A DNA stretch of 64,000 nt from Alphaproteobacteria bacterium. GTDB lineage: Bacteria; Pseudomonadota; Alphaproteobacteria; GCA-2731375. Positions 37,482 to 47,019 of the stretch are shown here, piece by piece. Where the stretch lies: assembly GCA_965232515.1 (NCBI GenBank), contig CBDDPY010000002.1, forward strand, positions 1,888,001-1,952,000, written 5' to 3'. A model generated the notes under the pieces. The model did not search any database, was not told the origin of the DNA, and saw only the letters and a list, made by a program, of their open reading frames with translations. Position numbers and translations under genes: made by a program. The first letter of the stretch is position 1; each line of letters begins with the position of its first letter.

Positions 37482-38768
37482 TTACTCCGCCGCCGCGGCG
37501 TCGTTGCGCCGGCCCAGCAGATACCAGGTCCGCATCCGGCCCTTGCCCTTGACCTCGATATTGCCGCGGGCGGCAAAGTCGTAGGCGTGCGCCAGGCGAT
37601 CGCGCACCGCATCGCTGACCTGGATGCTACCGGCCTCGCCGGCCGCCTCCATGCGGCTCGCCGTGTTCACCGTGTCGCCCCAGAGGTCGTAGAGAAACCG
37701 GGTCTCGCCGATCACGCCGGCGATCAGCGGACCGGTATGGATACCGATGCGAACGCCCAGCAGGCTGCCGTCCGGCGCCGTCATGCCGGCGACCACGTCG
37801 CGCATGTCGAGCGCCAGATCGGCGATCGCCGTATCGTGGCAGTCATGCGCCTGAGCCACGCCGCCCGCCACCATGTAGGCGTCGCCGATGGTCTTGATCT
37901 TTTCCAGCCCATGCCGCTCGACGAGCCGGTCGAAGGCCGCGAACACCCGGTCGAGCAGACCCAGGACCTCTTCGGGCGGATGCGCCGCCGCGATCTGGGT
38001 AAAGCCGACGATATCGGCGAACAGCACGGTCGAGTCGGCGACGTCGTCCACCACCCGCTCGCCCCGCTGCAATCGGTCGGCAACGCTTGCCGGCAGAATG
38101 CTGATCAGCAGCTCGCGGTAGCGCCGCCGTTCGCTCTCGATGATCTCGTCGCTGGCGAAATCGCGGCGCTGAAACAGCTCGCGCCGGTACAGCATGATGA
38201 CGCCGATGACGTTGGCGCTGATCAGCTGCAGCGTCAGCGACAGCAGCTCCACGTCGTTCAGCGTACCGCCCCACCAGACCGAGGCCAGATAGAACACCGT
38301 CGCCAGTTCGGCGCAGACCGCGCCATACATGAAGATCAACGGGATCAGAACGTAGACCCCCATCAGCAGCAGAATAAATCCGCCGATGACCAGCGGCGGG
38401 CCAACGCCGATCACGTTGATCGCAGCATAGAATTCCGTGAAACCCAGCACCAGCGCCACCATCAGCAGCGGCCAGCGCGTGCGGAAATACGGCAGATAGG
38501 TCAGCACCAGCAGCAGGGCCGTATAGGCCGTCATGCCGACGCCCTGCGCGATCATGATCTCGATCTGATAGGCCTGAAAGACGAACGGGCCCATCGCCGC
38601 GAACGGCAGGTTAATCAGCATCGCCACCACCAGCGCCAGCCGCGCCTGCCGCAGGTTTAGTTCGCGCGTCGCCGCTCGGTAGCGGGCCTCTTTCGCGGGG
38701 TCGCGAAAACGCAGCGTCAGCCGCTTGATTTCGTCTTCCGCGATCAGGGGCTGAGTCGATTCAGACAT
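37482..38768 (-). CDS. Membrane-anchored class III adenylate cyclase
   Basis: About 6 N-terminal hydrophobic helices, then 'ILPASVA', 'FADIVGFT', 'EKIKTIGDAYM' and 'YDLWGDTVNTASRME'. Confidence 0.92.
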   Translation of the reverse strand: MSESTQPLIAEDEIKRLTLRFRDPAKEARYRAATRELNLRQARLALVVAMLINLPFAAMGPFVFQAYQIEIMIAQGVGMTAYTALLLVLTYLPYFRTRWPLLMVALVLGFTEFYAAINVIGVGPPLVIGGFILLLMGVYVLIPLIFMYGAVCAELATVFYLASVWWGGTLNDVELLSLTLQLISANVIGVIMLYRRELFQRRDFASDEIIESERRRYRELLISILPASVADRLQRGERVVDDVADSTVLFADIVGFTQIAAAHPPEEVLGLLDRVFAAFDRLVERHGLEKIKTIGDAYMVAGGVAQAHDCHDTAIADLALDMRDVVAGMTAPDGSLLGVRIGIHTGPLIAGVIGETRFLYDLWGDTVNTASRMEAAGEAGSIQVSDAVRDRLAHAYDFAARGNIEVKGKGRMRTWYLLGRRNDAAAAE

Positions 38769-38824
38769 GACGCCAGGATAGCCGATTTGCCCGCATCAGA
38801 CGCCGAAAGCGGAGGTAATGGCGA

Positions 38825-39556
38825 TCATGATGCCACCCCCGTAGCCACGGCAGCCCGCGCCCCGTCGTTCGGACCATCCTCGACGATACGGCCATCGACC
38901 AGGTGGATACGCCGGTCGGTGCCGCCGGCGAAGTCGAGGTCGTGGGTGACGGCGACGATCGTCGCGCCCTGCTTGTGCACCAGATCGGCGAAGATCTCGA
39001 ACACGTTGGCCGAGCTGTGACTGTCGAGATTGCCGGTCGGCTCGTCGCAGAGAATGATGCGCGGCTGGTTGGCGAGCGCCCGGGCGATGGCGACGCGCTG
39101 ACGCTGGCCGCCCGAGACCTGATCGGGACGCTTCTTCATCTGGTCGGCGAGGTCGAAATCGGCCAGCAGGCTCTCGGCGCGCTCGCGCATGGCCTTCTCG
39201 GACAGCTGCCCCAGCCGCCGCATCGGCACCATGACATTGCCGAGTACGGTGAATTCCGGCAGCAGGAAATGGAACTGGAAGACGAAACCGATCTTCCTGA
39301 GCCGGGTGTCCGCCAGTCCCTTCTCGTCCAGTGCCGTGGTGTCCTCGCCGTCGAGCAGGATCTGACCCGAGGTCGGGTGGTCGAGCAGGCCGAGCAGATA
39401 CAGAAGCGACGACTTGCCCGAGCCCGACGGCCCGGTGACCGCCACGAACTCGGCCTCGCGCACGGTCATCTCGATGTCCTGCACCAGCGTCACCGGCACC
39501 GGCCCCGGCAGCACCCGGCTGACGTCGCGGGCCTCGATGACAACAGCGCCCGTCAT
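38825..39556 (-). CDS. ABC transporter ATPase (LolD/MacB-like)
   Basis: 'GPSGSGKS', 'GFVFQFHFLL', 'SGGQRQR' and 'DEPTGNLD'. Confidence 0.93.
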   Translation of the reverse strand: MTGAVVIEARDVSRVLPGPVPVTLVQDIEMTVREAEFVAVTGPSGSGKSSLLYLLGLLDHPTSGQILLDGEDTTALDEKGLADTRLRKIGFVFQFHFLLPEFTVLGNVMVPMRRLGQLSEKAMRERAESLLADFDLADQMKKRPDQVSGGQRQRVAIARALANQPRIILCDEPTGNLDSHSSANVFEIFADLVHKQGATIVAVTHDLDFAGGTDRRIHLVDGRIVEDGPNDGARAAVATGVAS

Positions 39557-40797
39557 GCGGCGCCGCGCAGGATGTCGACCGGCTTGAGCGCCGATGCGCG
39601 CCGCGCCGGCAGATAGGCCGCAAGCGTCGCCGACAGCAGCGCGAAGCCGCCGGCGACCAGATACTGGTCGATGCCTTCATAGAGCGGAAAGCCCTGCTCC
39701 TCGGTGAAGCCGGGCGGCTTGAACTGGATCGTCGCCAGCCCGGCCAGCATGCCGTAGCCGATGATCCAGCCCAGCACGCTGCCGCTGATGCCGACCAGCA
39801 CGCCTTCGATCAGGAAAATGCGCCGGATGTCGCCCGCGTTGAAGCCCATGGACTTCAGGATCGCGATGTCGCGCGTCTTCTCCAGCACCACGGTCGAGAT
39901 GATGTTGAAGATGCCGAAGCTCGCCACCACCAGGATGGCGCCGACGATCGAGTACATGATGGCGTTTCGGATCACCAGCACGCTCAGAACGTCCTCGTTC
40001 GCCTCCTGCCAGGATTCGGCGAGATAGCCGACGCGGGTCTCGATGTCGGCCGCGACCTGCAGCGCCCGGTTCGGTTCCTCCAGACGCAGCCGCAGCCGGT
40101 TCGCCGTTTGCGGCCGGTCGAGCAGCACTTGCGCCTTCTTGATCAGCGAATAAATCGTGCCCTCGTCGATGGCGACGACGCCGGTGCTGAACAGGCCGAC
40201 GACCTTCATCTTGCGCACGACGCCCGCGGTCGAGATCACCGAGATATTGTCGCCGACCCCGGCCTTCAGCTTGTCGGCCATGGCCCGGCCGATGATGATG
40301 CCGTTCGCCGTGGTCTCCAGATCGTCGAGCGTGCCGACGATCATGTCGTCGACCAGCTGCGTCACCAGGCGCTCCCGCGCCGGCTCGATCCCGTTCAAGG
40401 TGGCCGACATGTCCTTGGCGCCGTAGCGCAGGATCACCTGGCCGAACAAGGCCGGCGCCACGGCGACGCCATCGAGCCGGCTCAACAGGTCCAGCTTGGC
40501 CTTGTAGTTGCGGATGCCGCGCACCTCGTCGCGCGGCTTCAGGCTGCGCAGCGATACGGCGCCGGCCGCATACAGCCGCTCCACGGGCTGCAGCGGCGGC
40601 TCGCGGTATTCGTCCTTCACCGTGATGTGCGGCGCCGAGTCGACTAGCTTCTCGATGAAGTCCCGCTCCGAGCCGCGCATCAGCGACGACACCGCAACGA
40701 AGAACCCGACCCCCAGCGCCACGCCCATCACCGATACCGCAGTCTGCCGCCGCCGGTTCTGCAGGTGCGTGAGCGCGATGGAAAAGTCGATCGCCAT
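39553..40797 (-). CDS. ABC transporter permease (LolC/E-FtsX/MacB family)
   Basis: One TM helix, a periplasmic domain and three more TM helices; 'EKTRDIAILKSMG' and 'PARRASALKPVDILR'. Confidence 0.9.
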   Translation of the reverse strand: MAIDFSIALTHLQNRRRQTAVSVMGVALGVGFFVAVSSLMRGSERDFIEKLVDSAPHITVKDEYREPPLQPVERLYAAGAVSLRSLKPRDEVRGIRNYKAKLDLLSRLDGVAVAPALFGQVILRYGAKDMSATLNGIEPARERLVTQLVDDMIVGTLDDLETTANGIIIGRAMADKLKAGVGDNISVISTAGVVRKMKVVGLFSTGVVAIDEGTIYSLIKKAQVLLDRPQTANRLRLRLEEPNRALQVAADIETRVGYLAESWQEANEDVLSVLVIRNAIMYSIVGAILVVASFGIFNIISTVVLEKTRDIAILKSMGFNAGDIRRIFLIEGVLVGISGSVLGWIIGYGMLAGLATIQFKPPGFTEEQGFPLYEGIDQYLVAGGFALLSATLAAYLPARRASALKPVDILRGAA

Positions 40798-40818
40798 GGC
40801 GCTAGCAATCCACGCCCG

Positions 40819-41832
40819 TCACTCCGTCACCGCCATGCGGGTGCGCACGCGGGCGCCGTCGGTCAGGCGTTCCGGTGGGTTCAACAGCACCAGCGCATCG
40901 TCCGTCAGCCCGTCCGCGATCTCGGCCGTGTCCGCGCCGACAATGCCGATGCGCACGGCGCGACGGATCAGGCGCTCGTCTTCGACGATCCAGACATGCT
41001 TGCCGTCGAGCGCGTCAATCGGCACCAGCAGTGCGTTGTCATGCTGGGCGACGACGATATTCACCTCCGACGTCATGCCGATCATCAGTGGCGAGTCCGC
41101 CGGCAGGCCGATACGCACCCGGTAGTTGCGCGCGATCGGATCGCCCTTCGGCGTGATCTCGTCGACCTGGCCCTCGAACACCCGTTCCGGCCAGGCGTCC
41201 GACCGGATCAACGCCGTCTGGCCCAGCGCCACCATCGGGATGTCCTCCTCGTCGACCTCGGCTTCGATCCTGAGCGGCGCGCAGCAGCCGACCCAGATCA
41301 GCACGTCGCCCTTGTCCACGACCTCGCCCAGTTCGCCGTCCTTGCGGATCACCTCGCCGTCGAACGGCGCCTTGAGCAAATGATCGCGCAGCTTCTCGCG
41401 CGCCACCGCCAGCGCGCCTTGCGCCGCATCAAATTCGCTCTCGGCCAGGTCCCGGGTATTGGCGCTGACATGGCCCCGCGCGAACAGGTTGCGGGCGCGC
41501 TCGAGGTCGGACCTGAGGTATCGGGTCTTCGCTTCCAGCTCATTGACACGCGCCTGCGCCTCGCGCTCGTCCAGCCGCAGCAGCACGTCGCCGGCCTTCA
41601 CGCCGTCGCCTTCCTCGACCAGGATCTCGACGATGCGGCCAGTGAGCTTCGGGCCGATCCCGGCCATTTTCTTGGCCTCGACCGTGCCGGTGGCGTAGAC
41701 CGCCAGCACCGCTGGCCCGCGCGTCGGCGTGGTCACGATCACCGTGCGGGCGCCAAGCAGGAAGTACCAGGCGCCGCCCGCCACGACGGCGGCGACGATC
41801 AGAAAAACGACCCCAACCTTCCAGTATCGCAC
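40819..41832 (-). CDS. Periplasmic adaptor/membrane fusion protein
   Basis: N-terminal anchor; lipoyl half-motifs 'VEEGDGVKAGDVLLRLD' and 'LKAPFDGEV'. Confidence 0.9.
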   Translation of the reverse strand: MRYWKVGVVFLIVAAVVAGGAWYFLLGARTVIVTTPTRGPAVLAVYATGTVEAKKMAGIGPKLTGRIVEILVEEGDGVKAGDVLLRLDEREAQARVNELEAKTRYLRSDLERARNLFARGHVSANTRDLAESEFDAAQGALAVAREKLRDHLLKAPFDGEVIRKDGELGEVVDKGDVLIWVGCCAPLRIEAEVDEEDIPMVALGQTALIRSDAWPERVFEGQVDEITPKGDPIARNYRVRIGLPADSPLMIGMTSEVNIVVAQHDNALLVPIDALDGKHVWIVEDERLIRRAVRIGIVGADTAEIADGLTDDALVLLNPPERLTDGARVRTRMAVTE

Positions 41833-41972
41833 GAGCCCTACCGGTGCTTTCGCTGCCTGTCGCCGAACCCTAACAGAGGGCGCTTTATAGATAATTTCGG
41901 ACGATGACGAACGCCAGTATCACCGATAGGGACGATCGGCCGCAGTCGGAGATTCAGTCGGCAATTCCGGGT

Positions 41973-43013
41973 TCAAGCCCCGTCCATCGCCCGCACCATG
42001 ACGCCGCCGCGGGGACCGGTGTTCAGGCGATCGGCGAATTCGGGCGCCAGCGCACGGCCATGATCGAGATTGAGCCAAAGCCGCAGCAAACGCCGCTTGC
42101 GCGCGGGCTCGGGCCAGTCCTCGAAATCGGTCCGGCTGTGCAGCACCATGTGATTGTTCAGCAGCTGGATGTCGCCGGGCCGGAAATCCATGTCGAACCG
42201 GATACCCGGCCGCATGGCCAGCTCGCGGACGAACTCGACCGCGGCCAGGTCGTCGCCCGACAGCGCCTCACCGGCCTTGGCCATACCGTCGATGATGGTC
42301 TTGCCGTTATAGCGGCAGCTCAGCCGACCCTCGAAATAGCTGAACACCGGCACCCGGTTGAACGTTACTTCATCGGGATCGTCGGTGACGCCTTCGCCGC
42401 GCAGATCGAAGTGATAGCCGCGGCACAGCGGCTCGATGAATTTCGGCCGCTCGGCCAGTATCGTGTTGTAGATCGTCGCGGCACTGGCGACACAACTGGC
42501 ACCGCCCGTCTTGGACGGATGCACGCACAGCAGACCGACAACATCGCTGGCATCGCAGTGCGGCCGCAGCGCCGCCCGTGTGGTGTAGCCGCGCACGTTC
42601 TTGGCCTGATAGTCCCGCCCGCTGTCCGTCACCTGCCCGATCAGATCGCCTTTGGCGTTCTGCGAAATCGGCGTGCCCAGATGCACCGCCAAGCCCCAAT
42701 AGAGCGTGTAGAGCGCGTCCATATCGTAACGCTCGGGCGCCAGCCCGCGCAGCAGCACGACGCCGCGTCCGTGCTCTAGCTCGTGGGCAATGTCTTGCAG
42801 TCGCGCGCCAAGCGTCGGCAACGTGAAATCGTCACGGCCGAATTCGTAAGTGGCGAGGCCCTTCGACCGCACGGCGGCCACCGCCGCGTCGATTTCCTCG
42901 AGCTCAGCCGGCCTGAACGTCTGCAGCCACGACCGATCCGCCGCCAGTTCCTCGGCCGTCCAGGCCGAGGCCTCGGTCACGGGATCTCGAAGCATGCTGA
43001 TCTCTTCGGTCAT
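41973..43013 (-). CDS. TauD/TfdA family 2OG-Fe(II) dioxygenase
   Basis: 'GRGVVLLRG', HxD in 'PHCD', 'NNHMVLHSR' and 'RRLLRLWL'. Confidence 0.9.
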   Translation of the reverse strand: MTEEISMLRDPVTEASAWTAEELAADRSWLQTFRPAELEEIDAAVAAVRSKGLATYEFGRDDFTLPTLGARLQDIAHELEHGRGVVLLRGLAPERYDMDALYTLYWGLAVHLGTPISQNAKGDLIGQVTDSGRDYQAKNVRGYTTRAALRPHCDASDVVGLLCVHPSKTGGASCVASAATIYNTILAERPKFIEPLCRGYHFDLRGEGVTDDPDEVTFNRVPVFSYFEGRLSCRYNGKTIIDGMAKAGEALSGDDLAAVEFVRELAMRPGIRFDMDFRPGDIQLLNNHMVLHSRTDFEDWPEPARKRRLLRLWLNLDHGRALAPEFADRLNTGPRGGVMVRAMDGA

Positions 43014-43028
43014 CGCCGGCCTTCACAC

Positions 43029-43805
43029 TCACGTTGCCGGCGGCCGGAACTTGGTCGTGCTCCAGCCGCCGTCCACCGCCAGCACCTGGCCGGTGATGAA
43101 GGCCGCGTCGTCGGAGCACAGAAACAACGCCGCCGCGGCGATGTCTTCCGGCTGGCCGATCCGGCCGAGCGGCGTGCCGCCGACCATGGCGTCGACGAAC
43201 CACTCGTTGCCGGCGATGCGTTCGGCGGTCAGCGGCGTCTCGATGAAGCCCGGCGCCAGCGCGTTCACGCGGATGCCGTCGGGCCCATAGTCCGCCGCCA
43301 TGTTCTGCGTCAGGCCAATGAGCGCCGCCTTGGTGGCCGAGTAGATCGAGCTGCCGGGAAAGCCGCGCAGGCCGAACACCGAGGCCATGTTGACGATGCT
43401 GCCGCCGCGCTCCCGCATCTCGCCCACCGCGGCCCGGGCGAAGCGGAACACGGCGCGCAGGTTGACCTCGGTGAAGCGGTCGAGATCCGCGTCGTCCGTC
43501 TCGTCCACCGGCTTGGCGCCGCCGATGCCGGCATTGTTGATCAGGATATCGAGCCGCTGAAAGGCGTCCTCGCAGGCCTTCATCACGTCGTCCGGGGCGG
43601 TCTCGTCGGTGACGTCGCAGGCGCACAGCTCGACGCGGCCCGGCGACGGCCGCGCCAGTTGCGCCGTCTCGGCGTTGCCCTCGGGGTCGCGGTCGACCGC
43701 CAGCACGTTCGCGCCCTCGGCCGCGAACCGGAGCGTGATCGCCCGGCCGATGCCAGAGCCCGCACCCGTCACCACGGCTATTCTGCCGTTCAACACGCCC
43801 GTCAT
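43029..43805 (-). CDS. Short-chain dehydrogenase/reductase
   Basis: 'TGAGSGIG', 'NNAG' and 'YSATK'. Confidence 0.92.
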   Translation of the reverse strand: MTGVLNGRIAVVTGAGSGIGRAITLRFAAEGANVLAVDRDPEGNAETAQLARPSPGRVELCACDVTDETAPDDVMKACEDAFQRLDILINNAGIGGAKPVDETDDADLDRFTEVNLRAVFRFARAAVGEMRERGGSIVNMASVFGLRGFPGSSIYSATKAALIGLTQNMAADYGPDGIRVNALAPGFIETPLTAERIAGNEWFVDAMVGGTPLGRIGQPEDIAAAALFLCSDDAAFITGQVLAVDGGWSTTKFRPPAT

Positions 43806-43823
43806 TCGCCCCCTCCTCGCCCG

Positions 43824-44582
43824 TCAGCCAGCCGTCCAGCCACCATCCACCGGCAGCGCGGCGCCGGTCACGAACGCCGCCTCGTCGGATGCGAGAAACG
43901 CCGCGCAGGCCGCCATGTCGGCCGGCTCGCACATCCGGCCCAGCGGGATCGCCGCCTCCATCTGCCGCACCAGCGCCTCGTTACCCTCACCGACATAGTC
44001 ATAGAACAAGGGCGTCCGCGCCGCCACCGGCAGCAGCGCGTTGACCCGGATCTTGTCCGGCGCCAGCTCGACCGCCAGGGCCTTGGTGAAGGTGACGACG
44101 GCGGCCTTGCTTGCGGCATAGGCCGCATTGCCGGGCCGGGGCTTCAGCGCCGCGGTCGAGGCCGTGTTGATAATCACGCCGCCGCCGTTGTGGCGCATGA
44201 CCGGCGCGGCGAAATGCGCGAACAGATAGATGCTCTTGACGTTGACCGCGAACAGCCGGTCGTACATGTGCTCCTGCAAGTCGGTGACGTTTTCCTTGGG
44301 CGCGACGATGCCGGCATTGTTCATGACGATGTCCAGTCGGCCGTAGCGCTCGGTCGCCAACTCCACCGCCGACGCCACGTCGTCGCGGTCGGAGACGTCG
44401 GTCTGCACGAAGCTCGCCGTGCCGCCGGCTGCGCCGATGTCCTTGGCCACCCGGGCGCCGGCTTCCTCGCTGATATCGGCGATCAGCACCCGTGCGCCTT
44501 CGCCCGCGAAACGGTGCGCGAACGCCTCGCCGAAGCCCGAACCGCCGCCGGTCACGATCGCCACCCTGTCCTGTAACGCCAT
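43824..44582 (-). CDS. Short-chain dehydrogenase/reductase
   Basis: 'TGGGSGFG', 'NNAG' and 'YAASK'. Confidence 0.92.
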   Translation of the reverse strand: MALQDRVAIVTGGGSGFGEAFAHRFAGEGARVLIADISEEAGARVAKDIGAAGGTASFVQTDVSDRDDVASAVELATERYGRLDIVMNNAGIVAPKENVTDLQEHMYDRLFAVNVKSIYLFAHFAAPVMRHNGGGVIINTASTAALKPRPGNAAYAASKAAVVTFTKALAVELAPDKIRVNALLPVAARTPLFYDYVGEGNEALVRQMEAAIPLGRMCEPADMAACAAFLASDEAAFVTGAALPVDGGWTAG

Positions 44583-44668
44583 CTCATCTCCTCCCTTGCC
44601 GCATGGTCGAAACGGACATTTGTTCGTATTCTAGAGGCAATGGCGTCCAGCCGGCAGGGAGGAAATCA

Positions 44669-45748
44669 ATGCAGTTCGGCCAGTTCAATCTTATGGGCCA
44701 CCGCACGCGTGGCACCCCGGCGAAAAAGCTGTTCGACGAGGCCGTCGAGCAGGTGAAGCTGGCCGAGCAGGCGGGCTTCGACGCCGCCTGGTTCGCCGAG
44801 CACCACTTCTCCAACTACTGCGTCTGCCCCTCGCCGCTGATGATGGTCGCGCGCCTTGCCGGCGAGACCAGCCGCATCAAGCTGGCGCCGGCCATCGTCG
44901 TCATGCCGCTCTATCACCCCATGCGTCTGATCTCCGAGATCGGCATGGCCGACTCACTCTGCGACGGCCGCCTGATCCTCGGCATCGGCAGCGGCTATCA
45001 GCCGTTCGAGTTCTCACGCTTCGGCGCCGACCTCGCGGTCTCCAAGGAGGTCACGTGGGAAATGATGGATATGGTCGAGCTCGCCTTCAGCCAGGAGACT
45101 TTCACCTACGAAGGCACGCACTTCCAGATTCCTGAAACCCACATCAGCGTTCGCCCGGTCAACGGCATGCCCGAGGTCTGGATCGCCGGCGACTCGCCCG
45201 TCATTCACCGCGCCGCTGCCCGCCGCGGCTATGTGCCCATGTTCACCGGGCGGTTTTTCGCGGCCGACTATCAGGTCGAGATGCGGTCGAAGATCGAAGA
45301 CTCGTTCAAGGCCGAGGGCCGCGACCCGGAGACCATGCCGCTCGGCATCCAGCGTTTCATGTGCGTCACCGACAGCCGCGAGGAGAGCCTCGAATACTGC
45401 GAGAACGCGCGGCATCAGATGCGCCTTGCCAACAACCTGCGCCGCGGCGTCGAGATCATGGACGGCGGCATGGTGGTCGAGCAACCGGCCGACAACGAGC
45501 CAGACCTGGAGACCATCGCCGATAACCTGCTGGTCGGCGATTGCGAGACCATCGCCGAGAAGCTGACCGAAGAAATCAGCCGGGCCCGCCCCAGCCACAT
45601 GATGTTCCACTTCCAGGTCGGCGAGTCGAACTATCAAAAGGCGCTCAAGACCATCGAGCTGTTCGCCAGCGACATCCGCCCGATGATCGAAAAGACCCTA
45701 GGGCCGTTGGAGAACTTCGGCGCCCCGACAACGGCCGCGGCGGAGTAG
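44669..45748 (+). CDS. Luciferase-like (LLM) flavin-dependent monooxygenase
   Basis: 'AEQAGFDAAWFAEHHF' and 'GRLILGIGSGY'. GGAGG RBS before the ATG at 44669. Confidence 0.9.
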   Translation: MQFGQFNLMGHRTRGTPAKKLFDEAVEQVKLAEQAGFDAAWFAEHHFSNYCVCPSPLMMVARLAGETSRIKLAPAIVVMPLYHPMRLISEIGMADSLCDGRLILGIGSGYQPFEFSRFGADLAVSKEVTWEMMDMVELAFSQETFTYEGTHFQIPETHISVRPVNGMPEVWIAGDSPVIHRAAARRGYVPMFTGRFFAADYQVEMRSKIEDSFKAEGRDPETMPLGIQRFMCVTDSREESLEYCENARHQMRLANNLRRGVEIMDGGMVVEQPADNEPDLETIADNLLVGDCETIAEKLTEEISRARPSHMMFHFQVGESNYQKALKTIELFASDIRPMIEKTLGPLENFGAPTTAAAE

Positions 45749-45759
45749 AAAGGGATCTA

Positions 45760-45845
45760 ACCGCCAAGACGCTAAGACACCAAGGGCAGTCCGGCAACGC
45801 GCCAAAACGGGCGGCGTGACCTTGGTGCCTTAGCGTCTTGGCGGT
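45760..45845. repeat. Palindromic element with 26-bp arms built from 8-nt units
   Basis: ACCGCCAAGACGCTAAGACACCAAGG, a 34-nt spacer, then CCTTGGTGCCTTAGCGTCTTGGCGGT (one mismatch). Confidence 0.8.
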
Positions 45846-45877
45846 AAATTTTGGTTTCTACAAACCGGGAGATTGCC

Positions 45878-46615
45878 GTGACCGACGCCGTGGTGCTGTA
45901 TGAATCGATCGACGGCGTGGCCGTCGTCACCATCAACCGACCGGAAAAGCGCAACGCGCTCAGCACTGCCGTGCGCGACCAGATGGCGGCTGCCTGGCGG
46001 CGCTTCCAGACAGACGACGACCGGGTCGCCATCCTGACCGGCGCCGGCGAGCACTTCTCCGGCGGCGCCGACCTCGACGATGCGCCCGAGATGTGGGCCT
46101 TCTCGCCCGGCGTCGCCCAGCCGCTCGATAAACCGGTGATCGCCGCGGTCGACGGCTGGTGCGTCGGCGGCGGCGTCATCCTGGTCCAGCATTGCGATCT
46201 CTGTATCGCCTCGGATCGTGCCCGCTTCTCCTATCCCGAGGCCAAGGTTGGCTTCTCCGGCGGCATGATCAGCTCGATCGTCAGCCGCATACCGCACAAG
46301 GTGGCGATGGAATTCATTCTGCTGGGCGAGCCGATGACGGCTGAGCGCGCCTACGAGATCGGCTTCGTCAACAAGGTGGTGCCGCCAGCAGACCTGATGG
46401 ACGCGGCGATGGACTATGCCCGCCGCCTCGCCGAAAACGCGCCGTTGGTGCTCAGCCTGATCAAGCGCCATGTCGAGGAGGTGCTGCCCAAGGGCCCGTC
46501 CGAGCGCGCCGGCCGCGCCCGCGCCGAGGTCGCCACGACCTTCGACAGCGCGGACCTGCAGGAAGGCCTCGCCGCCTTCAAGGAAAAGCGCAAGCCCCGC
46601 TTCGACGGCCGCTAG
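45878..46615 (+). CDS. Enoyl-CoA hydratase/isomerase
   Basis: 'INRPEKRNAL', 'FSGGADL', 'KPVIAAVDGWCVGGG' and 'FSYPEAKVG'. Confidence 0.92.
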   Translation: MTDAVVLYESIDGVAVVTINRPEKRNALSTAVRDQMAAAWRRFQTDDDRVAILTGAGEHFSGGADLDDAPEMWAFSPGVAQPLDKPVIAAVDGWCVGGGVILVQHCDLCIASDRARFSYPEAKVGFSGGMISSIVSRIPHKVAMEFILLGEPMTAERAYEIGFVNKVVPPADLMDAAMDYARRLAENAPLVLSLIKRHVEEVLPKGPSERAGRARAEVATTFDSADLQEGLAAFKEKRKPRFDGR

Positions 46616-46623
46616 TCCGGTTG

Positions 46624-46688
46624 GTCACCCCGGCGAAGGCCGGGGTCCATGGCAACGGCAGATGGATGCCGGCCTGCGCCGGCATGAC
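46624..46688. repeat. Alphaproteobacterial REP-like double hairpin
   Basis: GTCACCCCGGCGAAGGCCGGGGTCCAT...ATGGATGCCGGCCTGCGCCGGCATGAC: two inverted palindromic units. Confidence 0.75.
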
Positions 46689-46717
46689 GTCTGACTCAAG
46701 TTCGATCGCTGTGCAAA

Positions 46718-46936
46718 CTAACGCAGCGGAATGACGTTGCCGCCGCCCACCGGCGTATAGGCGTCGCGTCTCGGCTCAACGCGCGGCTTGCGTCGGAACG
46801 GCACCACGTTGTCGTACGTGAGCCGATCAAGGCCCGTCAGGTCGTTGAGCCTGTAGCCGGGCGTCCGCGAAGCGTTGCGCCGCCGCCGCGCCCGCGCCAC
46901 CAGATAACCGTTGCACAACATCATTAGTCGGTTCAT
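46718..46936 (-). CDS. Small basic hypothetical protein
   Basis: Fills an intergenic gap, has a purine-rich RBS-like sequence upstream, and repeats the motif 'NVVPFRR'/'NVIPLR'. Confidence 0.45.
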   Translation of the reverse strand: MNRLMMLCNGYLVARARRRRNASRTPGYRLNDLTGLDRLTYDNVVPFRRKPRVEPRRDAYTPVGGGNVIPLR

Positions 46937-47019
46937 CGCCACCACCCTCTGCACGCCTACGCAAAAAGCCTAGTGACGATTTGGTAACCAAAATCCTAAC
47001 GACCGGGATCGCCGTCGCT

